Part shown: piece by piece, positions 50,494-60,749 of the stretch
Layout: each line of letters begins with the position of its first letter
Position numbering within the stretch: the stretch's first letter is position 1
Origin: Thermoplasmatota archaeon
GTDB taxonomy: Archaea; Thermoplasmatota; E2; JACPAO01; JAHFTW01
DNA: 64,000 nt
Reading direction: 5' to 3'
Assembly: GCA_041601615.1 (NCBI GenBank)
Contig: JBFIHX010000003.1
Span: forward strand, 282,007-346,006
Notes under the pieces: generated by a model
The model's input: only the letters and a program-made list of their open reading frames with translations
The model's database searches: none
What the model was told of the DNA's origin: nothing
Program-made: the position numbers and the translations under genes

Positions 50494-50758
50494 TTGATTC
50501 TATGGCCTCTCTCCGAGGCTTTCATTCGCAAACTGGCGAGAGTAAGGTTTGATTCATTTCTGCCACCAACATTCACGCGCAATCCGTAGTCCGCAGGGTA
50601 AAGCATGCTGGTGTCCTCGACCCACATCATTTCAACAACCCAACGCCCATTTCCCCTGGAAAACCGCCGTCAAAACAACGGAATGGCCAATATCCTCATA
50701 AAGGACGAGCCGAGGTCATTGCTGAGTCGGTGGGCGTTGCCCATCTATCGGTGAGCAC

Positions 50759-52564
50759 ATGATCCTAGGACTGAGCACAAAGACAGCAGCCTCCATTGGC
50801 GTGGCGGCGACCCTCATGGTGGTCGCCATCACCAGCGCCGTCGTCATGGCAGGCGACGAAGAATTCGACGCCATCCAAGCCCCGCGCTGGCAGGCCGGAT
50901 ACGCATTCGCCTACGACGTCACCGGGCAAATCGAGTACCTGCTCGACGTTCCCGGAGAAGCCAGCGGCGGCGACTCGTTCTCCTTCGGGCCCGTTCCAAT
51001 TGAAAAAGAGATTCTGTCCACCAAGTTTGACCTCGACGGCAAGCCGCTCTATGTGGGCGCTGCCACCTTCCCGCTTGGCCACTTCCTGGCCCAAGGCATG
51101 GACTTCGAGTTCCCCGACCTCGCCGTCTACCCCACCGCCGACCGCCAAAGCGACCTGTCCCCCGTCGGCGTGCAAATCAGCAGCGACGGCGACGGCCTCG
51201 AATTTGGCCCCGACGCCCCAATCACCTACCTTGACTTCCCGCTCACCCATGGCAAGCGCTGGAGCACCACCATGAAAGTCGCCGACTTGTTCGGAGAAGC
51301 CGATTTCCTAGAAGGCACCGAATACATGGACCTCGACGAAGTGCTCGTCCAGGGCGAAGTTGGATCCATGCAGAAGCTCGACTTGCCCATCGGAACCGTC
51401 GACGCCGTCCGCGTGGACATCAGCTACACTCCCATTGGCCTCCAGAAGGCCGTCGCCCAGGCCCGCAGCGACGCCGAGAAGTTCGGCGTCGACGTGGAGC
51501 GCCTCAACGTCCAACTCGGCGTGCACGAAATTGCGTACTACGCTCCCGAGTACCAAAGCATCGTCAAGGACCAATTCGTCGTGCGCGCCCTCGTAGACGC
51601 CGCCCTCGACTACAACGGCGACCACTGGGAGGTCTACACCGAGGCCACCGGCACCGCCCTCGTCGAACTGACCGGCGCACGCCTCCTAAAGGGCCCCGAA
51701 CGCAGCACCAGCGAAATCCTGCGCATCCTGCGCGGCGACGCCCCGGTTGCCGACGCCCACGGCGAAATCATTCCCGAAAGCATCTACGACGTCTTCATCG
51801 ACAGCGACTCCTCCCGCGTCAACGCCGCCAAGAGCCCCGTCGTGCATTTCTCCAGCGACCTGAGCGGCGTCGACAGCCTCCCAAGCGAACACAAACTCGT
51901 CTACAAAATGGTCCGGCCCGATGGCAGCACCTACAAGAGCGCAGCCGGCAAAGCGACCTGGGACGTCACCGTAGACGAACCCGGCAGCTACACCGTCATC
52001 CTCCAAGCCATTGCTGGCGACGGCCGCGTCTTCTCACAAGACTCCATGCCGCTCGTGGCCAACTGGCACCAAACCATCTCCGGTGGATGCCCCGTCGTCA
52101 CAAGCAGCACCATGATGCCCTGCGACCGCGTCGGTTTGCCCGTCAATCTCGGAGTCGATGCGCTCTCGGTTGCCGCCTACGTCAACGGCACCACCCTCGC
52201 AAACGGCCGCCTCACCGTCAGCAGCCCCTCCGACTCGTTCAGTGGAAGCCGCGAAGGCGACGGCGCCTACCGCATTGTCCTCGAAGACTTCGATCACCGC
52301 GACCTCGGTCGCAACTGGAACGGGGCCTACAGCAGCTTTGGCTTCGGCGAGAACGTCGACTACGTCATCGACATCCTGTATGGCGCCCCCGACACCCGCG
52401 TCCACGACGACGTCGGCGAAGACGGCGGCACCGGCGGACAACTTGCCATGCAAGACCCCCGAAGCATGAGCAGCTTTGGCGCTCCCCTTGGATCGTTCTT
52501 GGAGCAGCTGAGTGAGGGCAAGAAACCCTTTTTGCAGGCCGAACTCGAAGGGCTGCTGTCCTGA
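50759..52564 (+). CDS. Secreted or membrane-anchored acidic protein, hypothetical (PKD-like segment)
   Basis: N-terminal hydrophobic helix; APRWQAG, LDFPL..GK.W, DEPGSYTVIL. Confidence 0.75.
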   Translation: MILGLSTKTAASIGVAATLMVVAITSAVVMAGDEEFDAIQAPRWQAGYAFAYDVTGQIEYLLDVPGEASGGDSFSFGPVPIEKEILSTKFDLDGKPLYVGAATFPLGHFLAQGMDFEFPDLAVYPTADRQSDLSPVGVQISSDGDGLEFGPDAPITYLDFPLTHGKRWSTTMKVADLFGEADFLEGTEYMDLDEVLVQGEVGSMQKLDLPIGTVDAVRVDISYTPIGLQKAVAQARSDAEKFGVDVERLNVQLGVHEIAYYAPEYQSIVKDQFVVRALVDAALDYNGDHWEVYTEATGTALVELTGARLLKGPERSTSEILRILRGDAPVADAHGEIIPESIYDVFIDSDSSRVNAAKSPVVHFSSDLSGVDSLPSEHKLVYKMVRPDGSTYKSAAGKATWDVTVDEPGSYTVILQAIAGDGRVFSQDSMPLVANWHQTISGGCPVVTSSTMMPCDRVGLPVNLGVDALSVAAYVNGTTLANGRLTVSSPSDSFSGSREGDGAYRIVLEDFDHRDLGRNWNGAYSSFGFGENVDYVIDILYGAPDTRVHDDVGEDGGTGGQLAMQDPRSMSSFGAPLGSFLEQLSEGKKPFLQAELEGLLS

Positions 52565-52634
52565 CCCGGCCCGGCCCCCGCCTTTTCTCTTCCTTCCCCC
52601 TTGCTTTTTGATGGCTGGCTGCGTCCGGCGCTTT

Positions 52635-53030
52635 GTGCCCCACGCCGACCTATGGTTCGACGGCGCCTGCTCTGGAAACCCCGGCCCCATGGGCGCAGGC
52701 GCGCTCGTAATCGTGGATGGCAAGCGGTTCGAGGTCAGTTCAGGCCCCGGCCGCGGCACCAACAACGAAGCTGAGTACCTCGGACTCATCGGTGGTCTCC
52801 GTAAGGCGCTCACGGAAGGCGCAACCACGGTGACCATCCAAGGCGACAGCCAACTGATTTTGCGCCAACTAGAAGGCAAGTATGCCGTGCGCGCCGCCAA
52901 CCTCCGGCCGTTCTACCAGGAAGCACTCGGCTTGCTTCGCAAGTTCTCAGGCTACGACTTGCTGTGGATTCCCCGCGAAGAAAACGAAGACGCGGACCGG
53001 CTCGCTCGCCTCGGCGCTGGCCAACGCTGA
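52635..53030 (+). CDS. rnhA: Ribonuclease HI
   Basis: FDGACSGNPG, TNNEAEY, GDSQL, WIPREENEDAD. Confidence 0.93.
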   Translation: MPHADLWFDGACSGNPGPMGAGALVIVDGKRFEVSSGPGRGTNNEAEYLGLIGGLRKALTEGATTVTIQGDSQLILRQLEGKYAVRAANLRPFYQEALGLLRKFSGYDLLWIPREENEDADRLARLGAGQR

Positions 53031-53079
53031 CGCCGCAGCAAACACAAACGGTCAAGCCCCCGGAGCCACTGGAGCCATT

Positions 53080-53598
53080 ATGGCCCGTGCCGGATGGCTC
53101 ACCAGCCTCTACTCGCTCGTGGACGAGCGTCTGCGCGCTTGGTCCAAGACCGCCAAGCGCAGCCTCCTGATGCTGCGGCTCACGGTCGCCGTGCTCATCA
53201 TTACGCTCCTAGGTCTCTACGGAGCCGCCGTGGGCGCCATTTTTTGGCCGGAATGGATCCGCTTCTGGTTTGCCGGCAGTGTCGTGGTCCTGTCCATTCC
53301 GCTCCTGGTCCTCGCAATCCTCGTGGCGCTGCCGTTGCGCCTCAAGAGCGTCACGCGCCTTATCGACAAAGGCTACCCTGGAAACGCACGGGAAATCGGC
53401 CTGCGCCTAGCTGCCCGCAAACTTCGAGACGAAAGCATCGAGACCGAAGAACTGCTTGCCGAGACCGCCTGGAATGAGGGCAAGAAGGCCTACCGCAAAT
53501 ACAGGCCGGCCGTGGACGAACTGCTGCGCGAAAAGGAAGCCAAGGCGGGGCAAGACGCGGAATCAAAGCGCTGGCGGGGCGGAAAGGACGACGAATAA
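53080..53598 (+). CDS. 2-TM membrane protein, hypothetical
   Basis: Two hydrophobic helices and a charged C-terminus. Confidence 0.7.
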   Translation: MARAGWLTSLYSLVDERLRAWSKTAKRSLLMLRLTVAVLIITLLGLYGAAVGAIFWPEWIRFWFAGSVVVLSIPLLVLAILVALPLRLKSVTRLIDKGYPGNAREIGLRLAARKLRDESIETEELLAETAWNEGKKAYRKYRPAVDELLREKEAKAGQDAESKRWRGGKDDE

Positions 53599-53652
53599 GC
53601 TAGTGGCTAGGCCCGCCAACCGTTCGGCAAGCCTCATGAGCCCTCCGCCATC

Positions 53653-56406
53653 TTGACGTTCGTGACGGGCGCGCCCCATCAACCAGCTCTGGGCAAGGCA
53701 CTTGGCAACATCGCTTTGGTCAGCGCCGCACGCGCCAAGACCACGGTGACCGTCATCGTGCTCTTGAGTCTCCTCGTGGGCTTTGGCATGGTTCACTTGC
53801 AGACCGACAGCGACCTGTTGAAGATCTTGCCCCGCGACAACCCGACCACCATGGCGGCACAAAACGCCAGCCAAGAGTTTCGCGGCTTCTACGACTTCGT
53901 CTACGTCTACTACAGCATCGACGAAGCCAAGTGCGAAGCGGTCCAGGGACAAATGCCCTTCAAATTCGGAGGCCAAGAACAAGACGCCGACGACCCGCGT
54001 TCCTGCGGCGACGTGCGCGACGAGACCTACGTGCGCGCCATGGACGAATTTTGGTCCTTCGTCCAGGCAGACATTCCGTTTGCCGAGTACAGCATTGATC
54101 TTAGCGGCATCCTCAAGGTCATCAACTACACCAACAGCGGCTTTGCCAACGACCAGCCCCAAGGCCGCCTTGACGCTCTTTTAGCCGGCGAATTCGACGC
54201 CCAGAATCCAGCACCCCCACGCGACGAAGCATACTCCATGCCCGGCACGGACCTCGTGGGCGCACTCCAATACGAAGGAGCCTGGCGCGGCGCCAACGCC
54301 GTCGACGACAGCATCAAAGACGTGGTCAGTCCGCAATTTACCGCCGGGCGCACCCTGTTGTTCTTTGACACGAGCCAAACGGACCTGTCGCGAGTGGACC
54401 TTGGCCGCGCCGTGTACGACATGGTGGACCACTACGAAGCTGCCATGCTTGCTTGCGACGACGGCCTTGCCGAAACTCCCTGTGAACTGCAATGGAACGT
54501 GTTCGACGGCGAATCCGGACTCGCGGTGCGCGGTGTGTCCGCCTTGGACGCCCACGCCAGCGACGTCACCAAGCAAGACATCAACAAACTCGCCCCGTTC
54601 GTAATCTGGGCCATTGTCGTCATCCTCTACGCCGCCTTCCGCGACGTGCGCGTCCTGATGGTCAGCGCCGCCAACCTCCTCGTCGCGTTCGTCTGGACCG
54701 CCGGGCTCATGGGATGGCTGGAGATTCCGTTCTCTGCCCTGAACATGACCATCGTGCCACTAATTCTGGGTGTCGGCATCGACTACGGCATCCACATGGT
54801 CAGCGAATACCTAGAACACAAAAGCGACGACGCCACGAACGAAGAGGCGTTCCGACTAGCCGGCAGCCGAGCCGGGATCGCCATGCTGATTTCGACCATC
54901 ACCACCAGCGCCGGGCTGCTCCTGATGATCCTCTCGCCAAGCATCCTCATGGCACAACTTGGCATCGTCAGCTCCCTTGCCCTCGCGGTGACCTTCCTGT
55001 TCACCCTCACGTTCATTCCCGCACTGCTCAGCCTCACAAGCAGCAGCCGTGTGCGCCGAACGCACCAAGGAAGCGAATTGTTTTTGCGCATGGCACGCGG
55101 CATCGCTCGCTACAAAGCCGTCACCATCGTCGGCCTCCTGCTGCTGAGCGGCGCCGCATTCGCCGCCCTGCAAGGACTCGAACCGGAGCCATTTGGCAAT
55201 CCCGAATTGAACTACCCCAAAGGCGACCGCGTCCGCGACGACAGCCAAGAGATTGGCGACCTGTTCTTCGGCGGCGATTTGGACACCCAGAGCAACTTCC
55301 TCGTCATCGAAGGCGACCTCACCGAGCCACGGGCGCACGAGTTCCTGGACGCTCTCGAAGTCGGCCTGGAAGAGCACACAGACATCCAAGGCATGACCGT
55401 CACCAGCATGACACGCATCGTGCGCGCTTGGAAAGCCGTCGAGCAAGGCACCCCCGACGCCGTCGTAAACCAAATCATCCTCGGCAACAGCGGCAACGAA
55501 GACCTCGAGAACATCGAATACCCCCAAACCCAAGCCGAAATCAAGCAAACACTCGATGACATCTTCGCCAGCCCCTTTGCCAACTTCATGACGGTCCTAT
55601 TGCAACCCGGCGAATACGACCTAGGCACCGTCACCTACGACACCAGCCAGGATCTCAGCTACGCAGAAGTCCAACGCATCTGGACCGCCACCTTCGAAGT
55701 CATCCACGAAACCCAACAGAGCCTCTACGGCACGGACCAACGCGACGCCGCCTACACCGGGCCGCAAGCGCATCCTTTCGGCAACAACGCCTTCAGCTAC
55801 CTCTTCATCGAAGAGCAACTCCCCTGGGTCAACTACGTCGCCGCCCTCGCCTTCGGCCTCGTCATCGTCATGATTGCAGCCCTCACCCGCAACGTGCGCG
55901 CCACCGCCTGCACCGCCGCCATCATGACCGTCACAAGCCTCTGGTGGCTCGGACTCCTACCCCTCATGGGCGTCGGACTCTCCGTAGGTCTGATGCTCCC
56001 CCTCGTGTTCATCATGGCCATCGGAAGCGACGACGCCATCCATCTCATCTGGAACATGGAACAAACTCGGGACCGCGAACGGGTTTACCGCTACGTCGGC
56101 AAAGCGGTCACCTTGACCACTGTGACAACCCTCGCCGCATTCGTCATCTTCAGCTTCCAAACCGACCTCCTCGTTCGACGCACCCTCCTTGCCACCGCCG
56201 CCGCCGTGGTCGTCATGTGGCTCAGTACCGTCGCCATCGTGCCCCTTTTCTATCCACCCCCGCCCGTGGCAGCACCCGTAGCCCGCCCCAACCGCCCCCG
56301 CACTGACGCCGCCCGTCACGCCAAGGCACGCAACAAAACCATCCCCGAATCCCGCACGTCCCTTCCTGCCCGCACCGAAAGCGAAGTGGCAGTGATTCGC
56401 CGATAA
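53653..56406 (+). CDS. MMPL/RND family transporter
   Basis: Two TM blocks with large loops; GVGIDYGIH and AIGSDDAIH. Confidence 0.9.
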   Translation: MTFVTGAPHQPALGKALGNIALVSAARAKTTVTVIVLLSLLVGFGMVHLQTDSDLLKILPRDNPTTMAAQNASQEFRGFYDFVYVYYSIDEAKCEAVQGQMPFKFGGQEQDADDPRSCGDVRDETYVRAMDEFWSFVQADIPFAEYSIDLSGILKVINYTNSGFANDQPQGRLDALLAGEFDAQNPAPPRDEAYSMPGTDLVGALQYEGAWRGANAVDDSIKDVVSPQFTAGRTLLFFDTSQTDLSRVDLGRAVYDMVDHYEAAMLACDDGLAETPCELQWNVFDGESGLAVRGVSALDAHASDVTKQDINKLAPFVIWAIVVILYAAFRDVRVLMVSAANLLVAFVWTAGLMGWLEIPFSALNMTIVPLILGVGIDYGIHMVSEYLEHKSDDATNEEAFRLAGSRAGIAMLISTITTSAGLLLMILSPSILMAQLGIVSSLALAVTFLFTLTFIPALLSLTSSSRVRRTHQGSELFLRMARGIARYKAVTIVGLLLLSGAAFAALQGLEPEPFGNPELNYPKGDRVRDDSQEIGDLFFGGDLDTQSNFLVIEGDLTEPRAHEFLDALEVGLEEHTDIQGMTVTSMTRIVRAWKAVEQGTPDAVVNQIILGNSGNEDLENIEYPQTQAEIKQTLDDIFASPFANFMTVLLQPGEYDLGTVTYDTSQDLSYAEVQRIWTATFEVIHETQQSLYGTDQRDAAYTGPQAHPFGNNAFSYLFIEEQLPWVNYVAALAFGLVIVMIAALTRNVRATACTAAIMTVTSLWWLGLLPLMGVGLSVGLMLPLVFIMAIGSDDAIHLIWNMEQTRDRERVYRYVGKAVTLTTVTTLAAFVIFSFQTDLLVRRTLLATAAAVVVMWLSTVAIVPLFYPPPPVAAPVARPNRPRTDAARHAKARNKTIPESRTSLPARTESEVAVIRR

Positions 56407-56539
56407 CACCCTGGAACGGGAACGCCGGCCGTGTCCCGGTGGGGCCGACCAGCACCGACCCGGACAGGGCCTCCATTCTCTGCTCCGGGCCGGTTCCCGC
56501 GCCGCCCGTCTTATCAAGCCCCCACCCCCGTGCACGCCT

Positions 56540-57271
56540 GTGCTGTGGGTGCTGCTCCTGGCCGGACTCGCCGCCGGATTCGTAAGCGGACTCATGGGCG
56601 TCGGCGGCGGCATCGTACTCACACCCGTGCTCCACTACGGACTCAAAATGTCCTGGAGCGACGCCGTCGCAACAAGCCTGCTCGTCATCGCGATCCAGTC
56701 CCCCCTCGGCGTCTACCGACACGCCAAACGAGGCGCCGTAGACTGGCCCACCGCAGGCGGACTCGCGGCAGGAGGCCTCCTGGGTGTCGCAATCGGCGAC
56801 CAAATCCTGCCCTACCTGCCCATCGGCGGCCTCAAATTGCTCTTTGCCGCCATCATGGCCGCAGCCGCCTGGCGACTCACCCGCCGCGCCCCCGCACCCC
56901 GTACCAACCGCCACCCATTCTGGCTCCTCGCCCTCGTCGGCCTCGGCGCTGGCATTCTCGCACGCCTCCTGGGAATCGGCGGCGGAATTCTCACCGTGCC
57001 CGCCCTCGGCCTCATGGGCGTACCCGTCCACCTCGCCGTCGGAAGCAGCCTCGTGCCCGTTTTCACCAACGCCGCAGCAGCCAGCGGAGCAAACCTCGCA
57101 CGCGGCCTCCCGTGGACAACCGCCTTGTGGCTCGCCGCCGGAGCACTCCCCGGCACCCTATTTGGCGTTCGAGCCGCCCACGCCTTGCCGCCCGCCGGCC
57201 TGCGCCGCGTCGTGGCCATTGGCCTCCTCGTAGCCGCCGCACTCATGGCCCTCGACAGCCTCACAACCTGA
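56540..57271 (+). CDS. TauE/SafE (sulfite exporter) family protein
   Basis: SGLMGVGGG and LLGIGGG repeats, AVATSL. Confidence 0.9.
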   Translation: MLWVLLLAGLAAGFVSGLMGVGGGIVLTPVLHYGLKMSWSDAVATSLLVIAIQSPLGVYRHAKRGAVDWPTAGGLAAGGLLGVAIGDQILPYLPIGGLKLLFAAIMAAAAWRLTRRAPAPRTNRHPFWLLALVGLGAGILARLLGIGGGILTVPALGLMGVPVHLAVGSSLVPVFTNAAAASGANLARGLPWTTALWLAAGALPGTLFGVRAAHALPPAGLRRVVAIGLLVAAALMALDSLTT

Positions 57272-57334
57272 CCATCCGACGCCAGGGCCCGTCGGCACAA
57301 CTTTGACCAACCCAATCGTAGACCTCGCCATCGG

Positions 57335-58153
57335 ATGTTCAAACGCATCCTCCTTCCCGTCGACCCAGCCCGGCCCTTCGCCGCCGCCAACGAGTACGCC
57401 GTCCAACTCGCCAAGCGGTTCAAGAGCAAACTGACAACCACCTACATCATCGACGACCAATTTCTTGGCCCCGCACACGAAGAAGCCGCCGCCAGCATCG
57501 ACGAGGCACTCGAATGGGTCGGCCAAGATGCCATGGACGACTTTGCCCGGCACCACACGGACGTTTCCTGCCAAAAGGTGCTCGCGTACGGCAACACCCC
57601 AACGGCGCTCTTCCAAACCGTCCTCCAAACAGGCAGCGACCTACTGGTGCTCGGCGGCTACCACTCCAAAGCACAACACAAAATCTGGGGCAGCACCGTA
57701 GTAGACATCGTCCACCACAGCGAACGACCCACATTCGTCGTACGCGAACACGGCCACCTTCCCGGACCAGGCGACTTTATCGTTGTACCCTTCGACGGCA
57801 GCGACCGACCCCTCGCCGTCCTGCCCCGCATCTGCAAATTTGCAGCCGCCCTCGGAGCCAGCATTGACCTCGTCCACGTCGCCCGCGTACGCGACTCCGA
57901 AGCCGCCCAACACACCCTCAACAAAGGCGCATGGATCGTCCGCGAACACGGCGTCGGCGTCGACACACACCTCCTGCAAAAAACCGCCCTGCGCGGCAAA
58001 GGACGCACCATACTGCACCACGCTCAAGCCACAAAATCACCCCTCATCGCCGCCAGCCGCCTCGGCCAATCCAGCACCCACACCGGCCGCAGCCACACCA
58101 TTAGCTGGCTCCTGGCCCACTCCCCACTCCCGGTGTGGGTGGTGCGCACATGA
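57335..58153 (+). CDS. Tandem-domain universal stress protein
   Basis: RILLPVD, DLLVLG, GST, IVVPFDGS, PVWVVR. Confidence 0.88.
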   Translation: MFKRILLPVDPARPFAAANEYAVQLAKRFKSKLTTTYIIDDQFLGPAHEEAAASIDEALEWVGQDAMDDFARHHTDVSCQKVLAYGNTPTALFQTVLQTGSDLLVLGGYHSKAQHKIWGSTVVDIVHHSERPTFVVREHGHLPGPGDFIVVPFDGSDRPLAVLPRICKFAAALGASIDLVHVARVRDSEAAQHTLNKGAWIVREHGVGVDTHLLQKTALRGKGRTILHHAQATKSPLIAASRLGQSSTHTGRSHTISWLLAHSPLPVWVVRT

Positions 58154-59562
58154 GCGGCACCCGCAAAGGCCCCGTACTCCTGCCCCCCTGGGACCTCGAA
58201 ACCGCTGCGCTGCGCAAAATCCTCGTCGGCGCCGGCCTCGCCACCATCCTCTTCCTCCTGCCGCCACCCCCTGGCCTCGAACGAGAAGGAAAAGACGCCC
58301 TCGCCCTATTCGTCGTCGTCCTCTACTTCTGGGCCACCGAAGCACTTCCCCTCCCCGTCACCGCCCTCGGAGCCGGCGTCGGACTCGTCTTGCTCGGAAT
58401 CGTAGAGCACCCCAACGACGCATGGGCCCCCTACGCACAGGACACCATTTTCTTCCTCCTCGGTAGCCTGATTCTCGCCGACGGAGTCATGAAAACCCAC
58501 GCAGACCGAGTCCTAGCCGCCCGATTCCTGCGCCGCGTCGGAGGCACCACCGACAGCCTCCTGTTCGGAACCGTCGCCGTCAGCGCCCTCTCGGCCATGT
58601 TCATCTCCAACCACGCAGTCGCAGCCGTGATGCTCCCGCTCATGCTGAGCATCCTACGCGGCACCCGACTCATCGAGCAAAAAAACATCGCCACCGCCCT
58701 CATGCTCGCCGTTGCATTCGGAGCCGGCATCGCAGGACTCGGCACCCCCAGCGGCGGCAGCCGCAACATCATCGTCCTCGGCTACCTCGACGAGCTACAC
58801 GGCATCAAAATCAGCTACCTCGACTGGACCCTGCGCGCCGCACCCATCACCCTCGCACTGATTCCCGTCGTCTACATCCTCCTCAAGCTCACCTTCCGAG
58901 TTCCCCGCGCCCGCATCGAAAGCAACGCCATCCCCCTCGAATCAGACCGACTTGACAACCAACAAACCCGCGTCCTCGTCATCATGGGCCTCACCGTCGC
59001 CCTATGGATCTGGAAAGGCACAAGCTGGGGCCTCGGAACCATCGCAGTCATGGGCGCCGTGCTGCTCTTCGTCACCGGCATCCTCGACTGGACCGATACC
59101 CGAAAACGAATCGCCTGGGGCGTCCCGCTCATCTACGGCGCCGCACTCGCACTCGGACAAGCCCTCCAAGACACCCACGCCGCAGACTGGCTCGCCACGG
59201 GACTCCTCGGACTCCCCATCTGGACCGGCCCAGGCGTTCTCCTCGCAGGATCCCTAATCTTGGCCACCATCCTCACCAACGTCATGAGCGACGGCGGAGC
59301 CGCAGCAGTGCTCGCGCCCGTCACCCTCAGCCTTGCAGCATTGAGCGGTGCCGACATCGCCAGCATAGGCATGATCACCGCCATCGGCGCCGCGTACGGA
59401 TTCCTCCTCGTCGTCGCCAATCCCGCCAACGTCATCACCTACCAAAGCGGCCTCTGGAGCCCCCGCGACCTCGTGCGCGCCGGCATCCCGCTCACACTCG
59501 TATGTCTCCTCGTCACGTACCTGGCAGCCACGCTTTACTGGCCGCTGCTCGGGCCCATCTAG
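58150..59562 (+). CDS. DASS/SLC13 sodium-coupled anion symporter
   Basis: WATEALP, MFISN, GLGTPSGG.RN, TNVMSD, NPAN. Confidence 0.9.
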   Translation: MSGTRKGPVLLPPWDLETAALRKILVGAGLATILFLLPPPPGLEREGKDALALFVVVLYFWATEALPLPVTALGAGVGLVLLGIVEHPNDAWAPYAQDTIFFLLGSLILADGVMKTHADRVLAARFLRRVGGTTDSLLFGTVAVSALSAMFISNHAVAAVMLPLMLSILRGTRLIEQKNIATALMLAVAFGAGIAGLGTPSGGSRNIIVLGYLDELHGIKISYLDWTLRAAPITLALIPVVYILLKLTFRVPRARIESNAIPLESDRLDNQQTRVLVIMGLTVALWIWKGTSWGLGTIAVMGAVLLFVTGILDWTDTRKRIAWGVPLIYGAALALGQALQDTHAADWLATGLLGLPIWTGPGVLLAGSLILATILTNVMSDGGAAAVLAPVTLSLAALSGADIASIGMITAIGAAYGFLLVVANPANVITYQSGLWSPRDLVRAGIPLTLVCLLVTYLAATLYWPLLGPI

Positions 59563-59631
59563 GTATGGCGCAAAACGTTCCGATCCACGGCCTTGTACGT
59601 CTTGACGCGGCCTAAGTCACGGACTGAGGCC
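59559..59631 (-). repeat. Displaced copy of the wHTH regulator 3' end (ASVRDLGRVKTYKAVDRNVLRHT*)
   Basis: 66/73 nt identical to 60750-60822. Confidence 0.92.
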
Positions 59632-59839
59632 GGGGCGTCATTCTTGTATTTCGACATTTCTCCAGCTTCACTAACGGCGTACCGAGTGCTTACTCCAAGC
59701 GTTCGCTCCTAGCATAGGTGGGCGAAACCATGCAAAAAATAAGCTAAGCGGCCCACATTAGTAAAGTATAATTCGCCACTAAAACATGAACAATTATAAT
59801 AAATATTACAACGCCATATATAATCTGTAAAAGCCACTG

Positions 59840-60655
59840 TTACCTTTCATGTTCACAAATGCTATCTTCAAAATTCAATATAGTGCCCTTAAATACTACT
59901 TCTAATGTTATTTGCGTTAGTGCTGGCCGTGTTATGGACATATCACTCATTATAAGTGGGGGTTGAAAATCCACCATTGTTAAATCCCCCAATGTCAACA
60001 CTGGGGACTTTTTGAGCACAACAACATTGGCCCCTCCGTCAGGGGAGTGCCAAAAATAGGCGAAATACTGTGTCGCTGAGCTTCCGCTAATAGGGCCAGG
60101 CCTAATCACCTCGATGATGGAAGGTTGATAGCCAGATGGGTTGATTGTTAATGTATATCCATCCAATGGTGATTGGGTTGTGGTAATATTGGCTTCGATG
60201 GTTTTGATGCCCTCTGATTTCATTTGCGAGGCCAGTAAACTATTATTATGAAAAATAGTATTGATATATCTCATAGTCACTGCATCTGGAAGAACATCTC
60301 GACAAGTTGCAGGGGGATAATAAGCGCTATGGGCTTCTAATGCAAATGTAATATTATTTATTTTCAAATCCTGCCACAATAACTCTTGACAAGTCAGTTC
60401 GATAGTATCTGCTGAATAGGTCAAACCCAGAGTTGCATTGCGCCAGCCATCAGGGGGCGAGTGAGGTCCGAATTGCCCACTTGGGCCAATCCATTCGTCC
60501 GCTACGGCTATGCCATGGCAGCCATTAAAGGATGCATAGTTGCTAGTAGGCAACATATCCTCATTTTGAATGACTATGGGGGTATATTCTGCATTGGAGA
60601 AAGTACAACCTGACATAGCAGCAGCTGCACATATCAACATTATCATTTTTAACAT
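59840..60655 (-). CDS. AT-rich lipoprotein, paralog of 62268-63068
   Basis: MSGC lipobox; shared C.GI, P.GW, LE....Y.PP..C...LP, FW.S and terminal Cys. Confidence 0.8.
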   Translation of the reverse strand: MLKMIMLICAAAAMSGCTFSNAEYTPIVIQNEDMLPTSNYASFNGCHGIAVADEWIGPSGQFGPHSPPDGWRNATLGLTYSADTIELTCQELLWQDLKINNITFALEAHSAYYPPATCRDVLPDAVTMRYINTIFHNNSLLASQMKSEGIKTIEANITTTQSPLDGYTLTINPSGYQPSIIEVIRPGPISGSSATQYFAYFWHSPDGGANVVVLKKSPVLTLGDLTMVDFQPPLIMSDMSITRPALTQITLEVVFKGTILNFEDSICEHER

Positions 60656-60749
60656 ATATCACCTGCATTTAAGCTACTAGAGTATCGCCTAAAAGTAAAA
60701 TTGTTTATTACGTGGGGGCCCCTTTGCTATTTATTTGTACTGGTTATAT

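Larger units (their letters stand above)
39122..50500. mobile_element. Lower-GC accessory island carrying the RHS toxin locus (no integrase visible; right edge approximate)
   Basis: Abrupt shift to AT-rich DNA after the uvrB stop; AT-rich spacers between cassettes. Confidence 0.65.
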
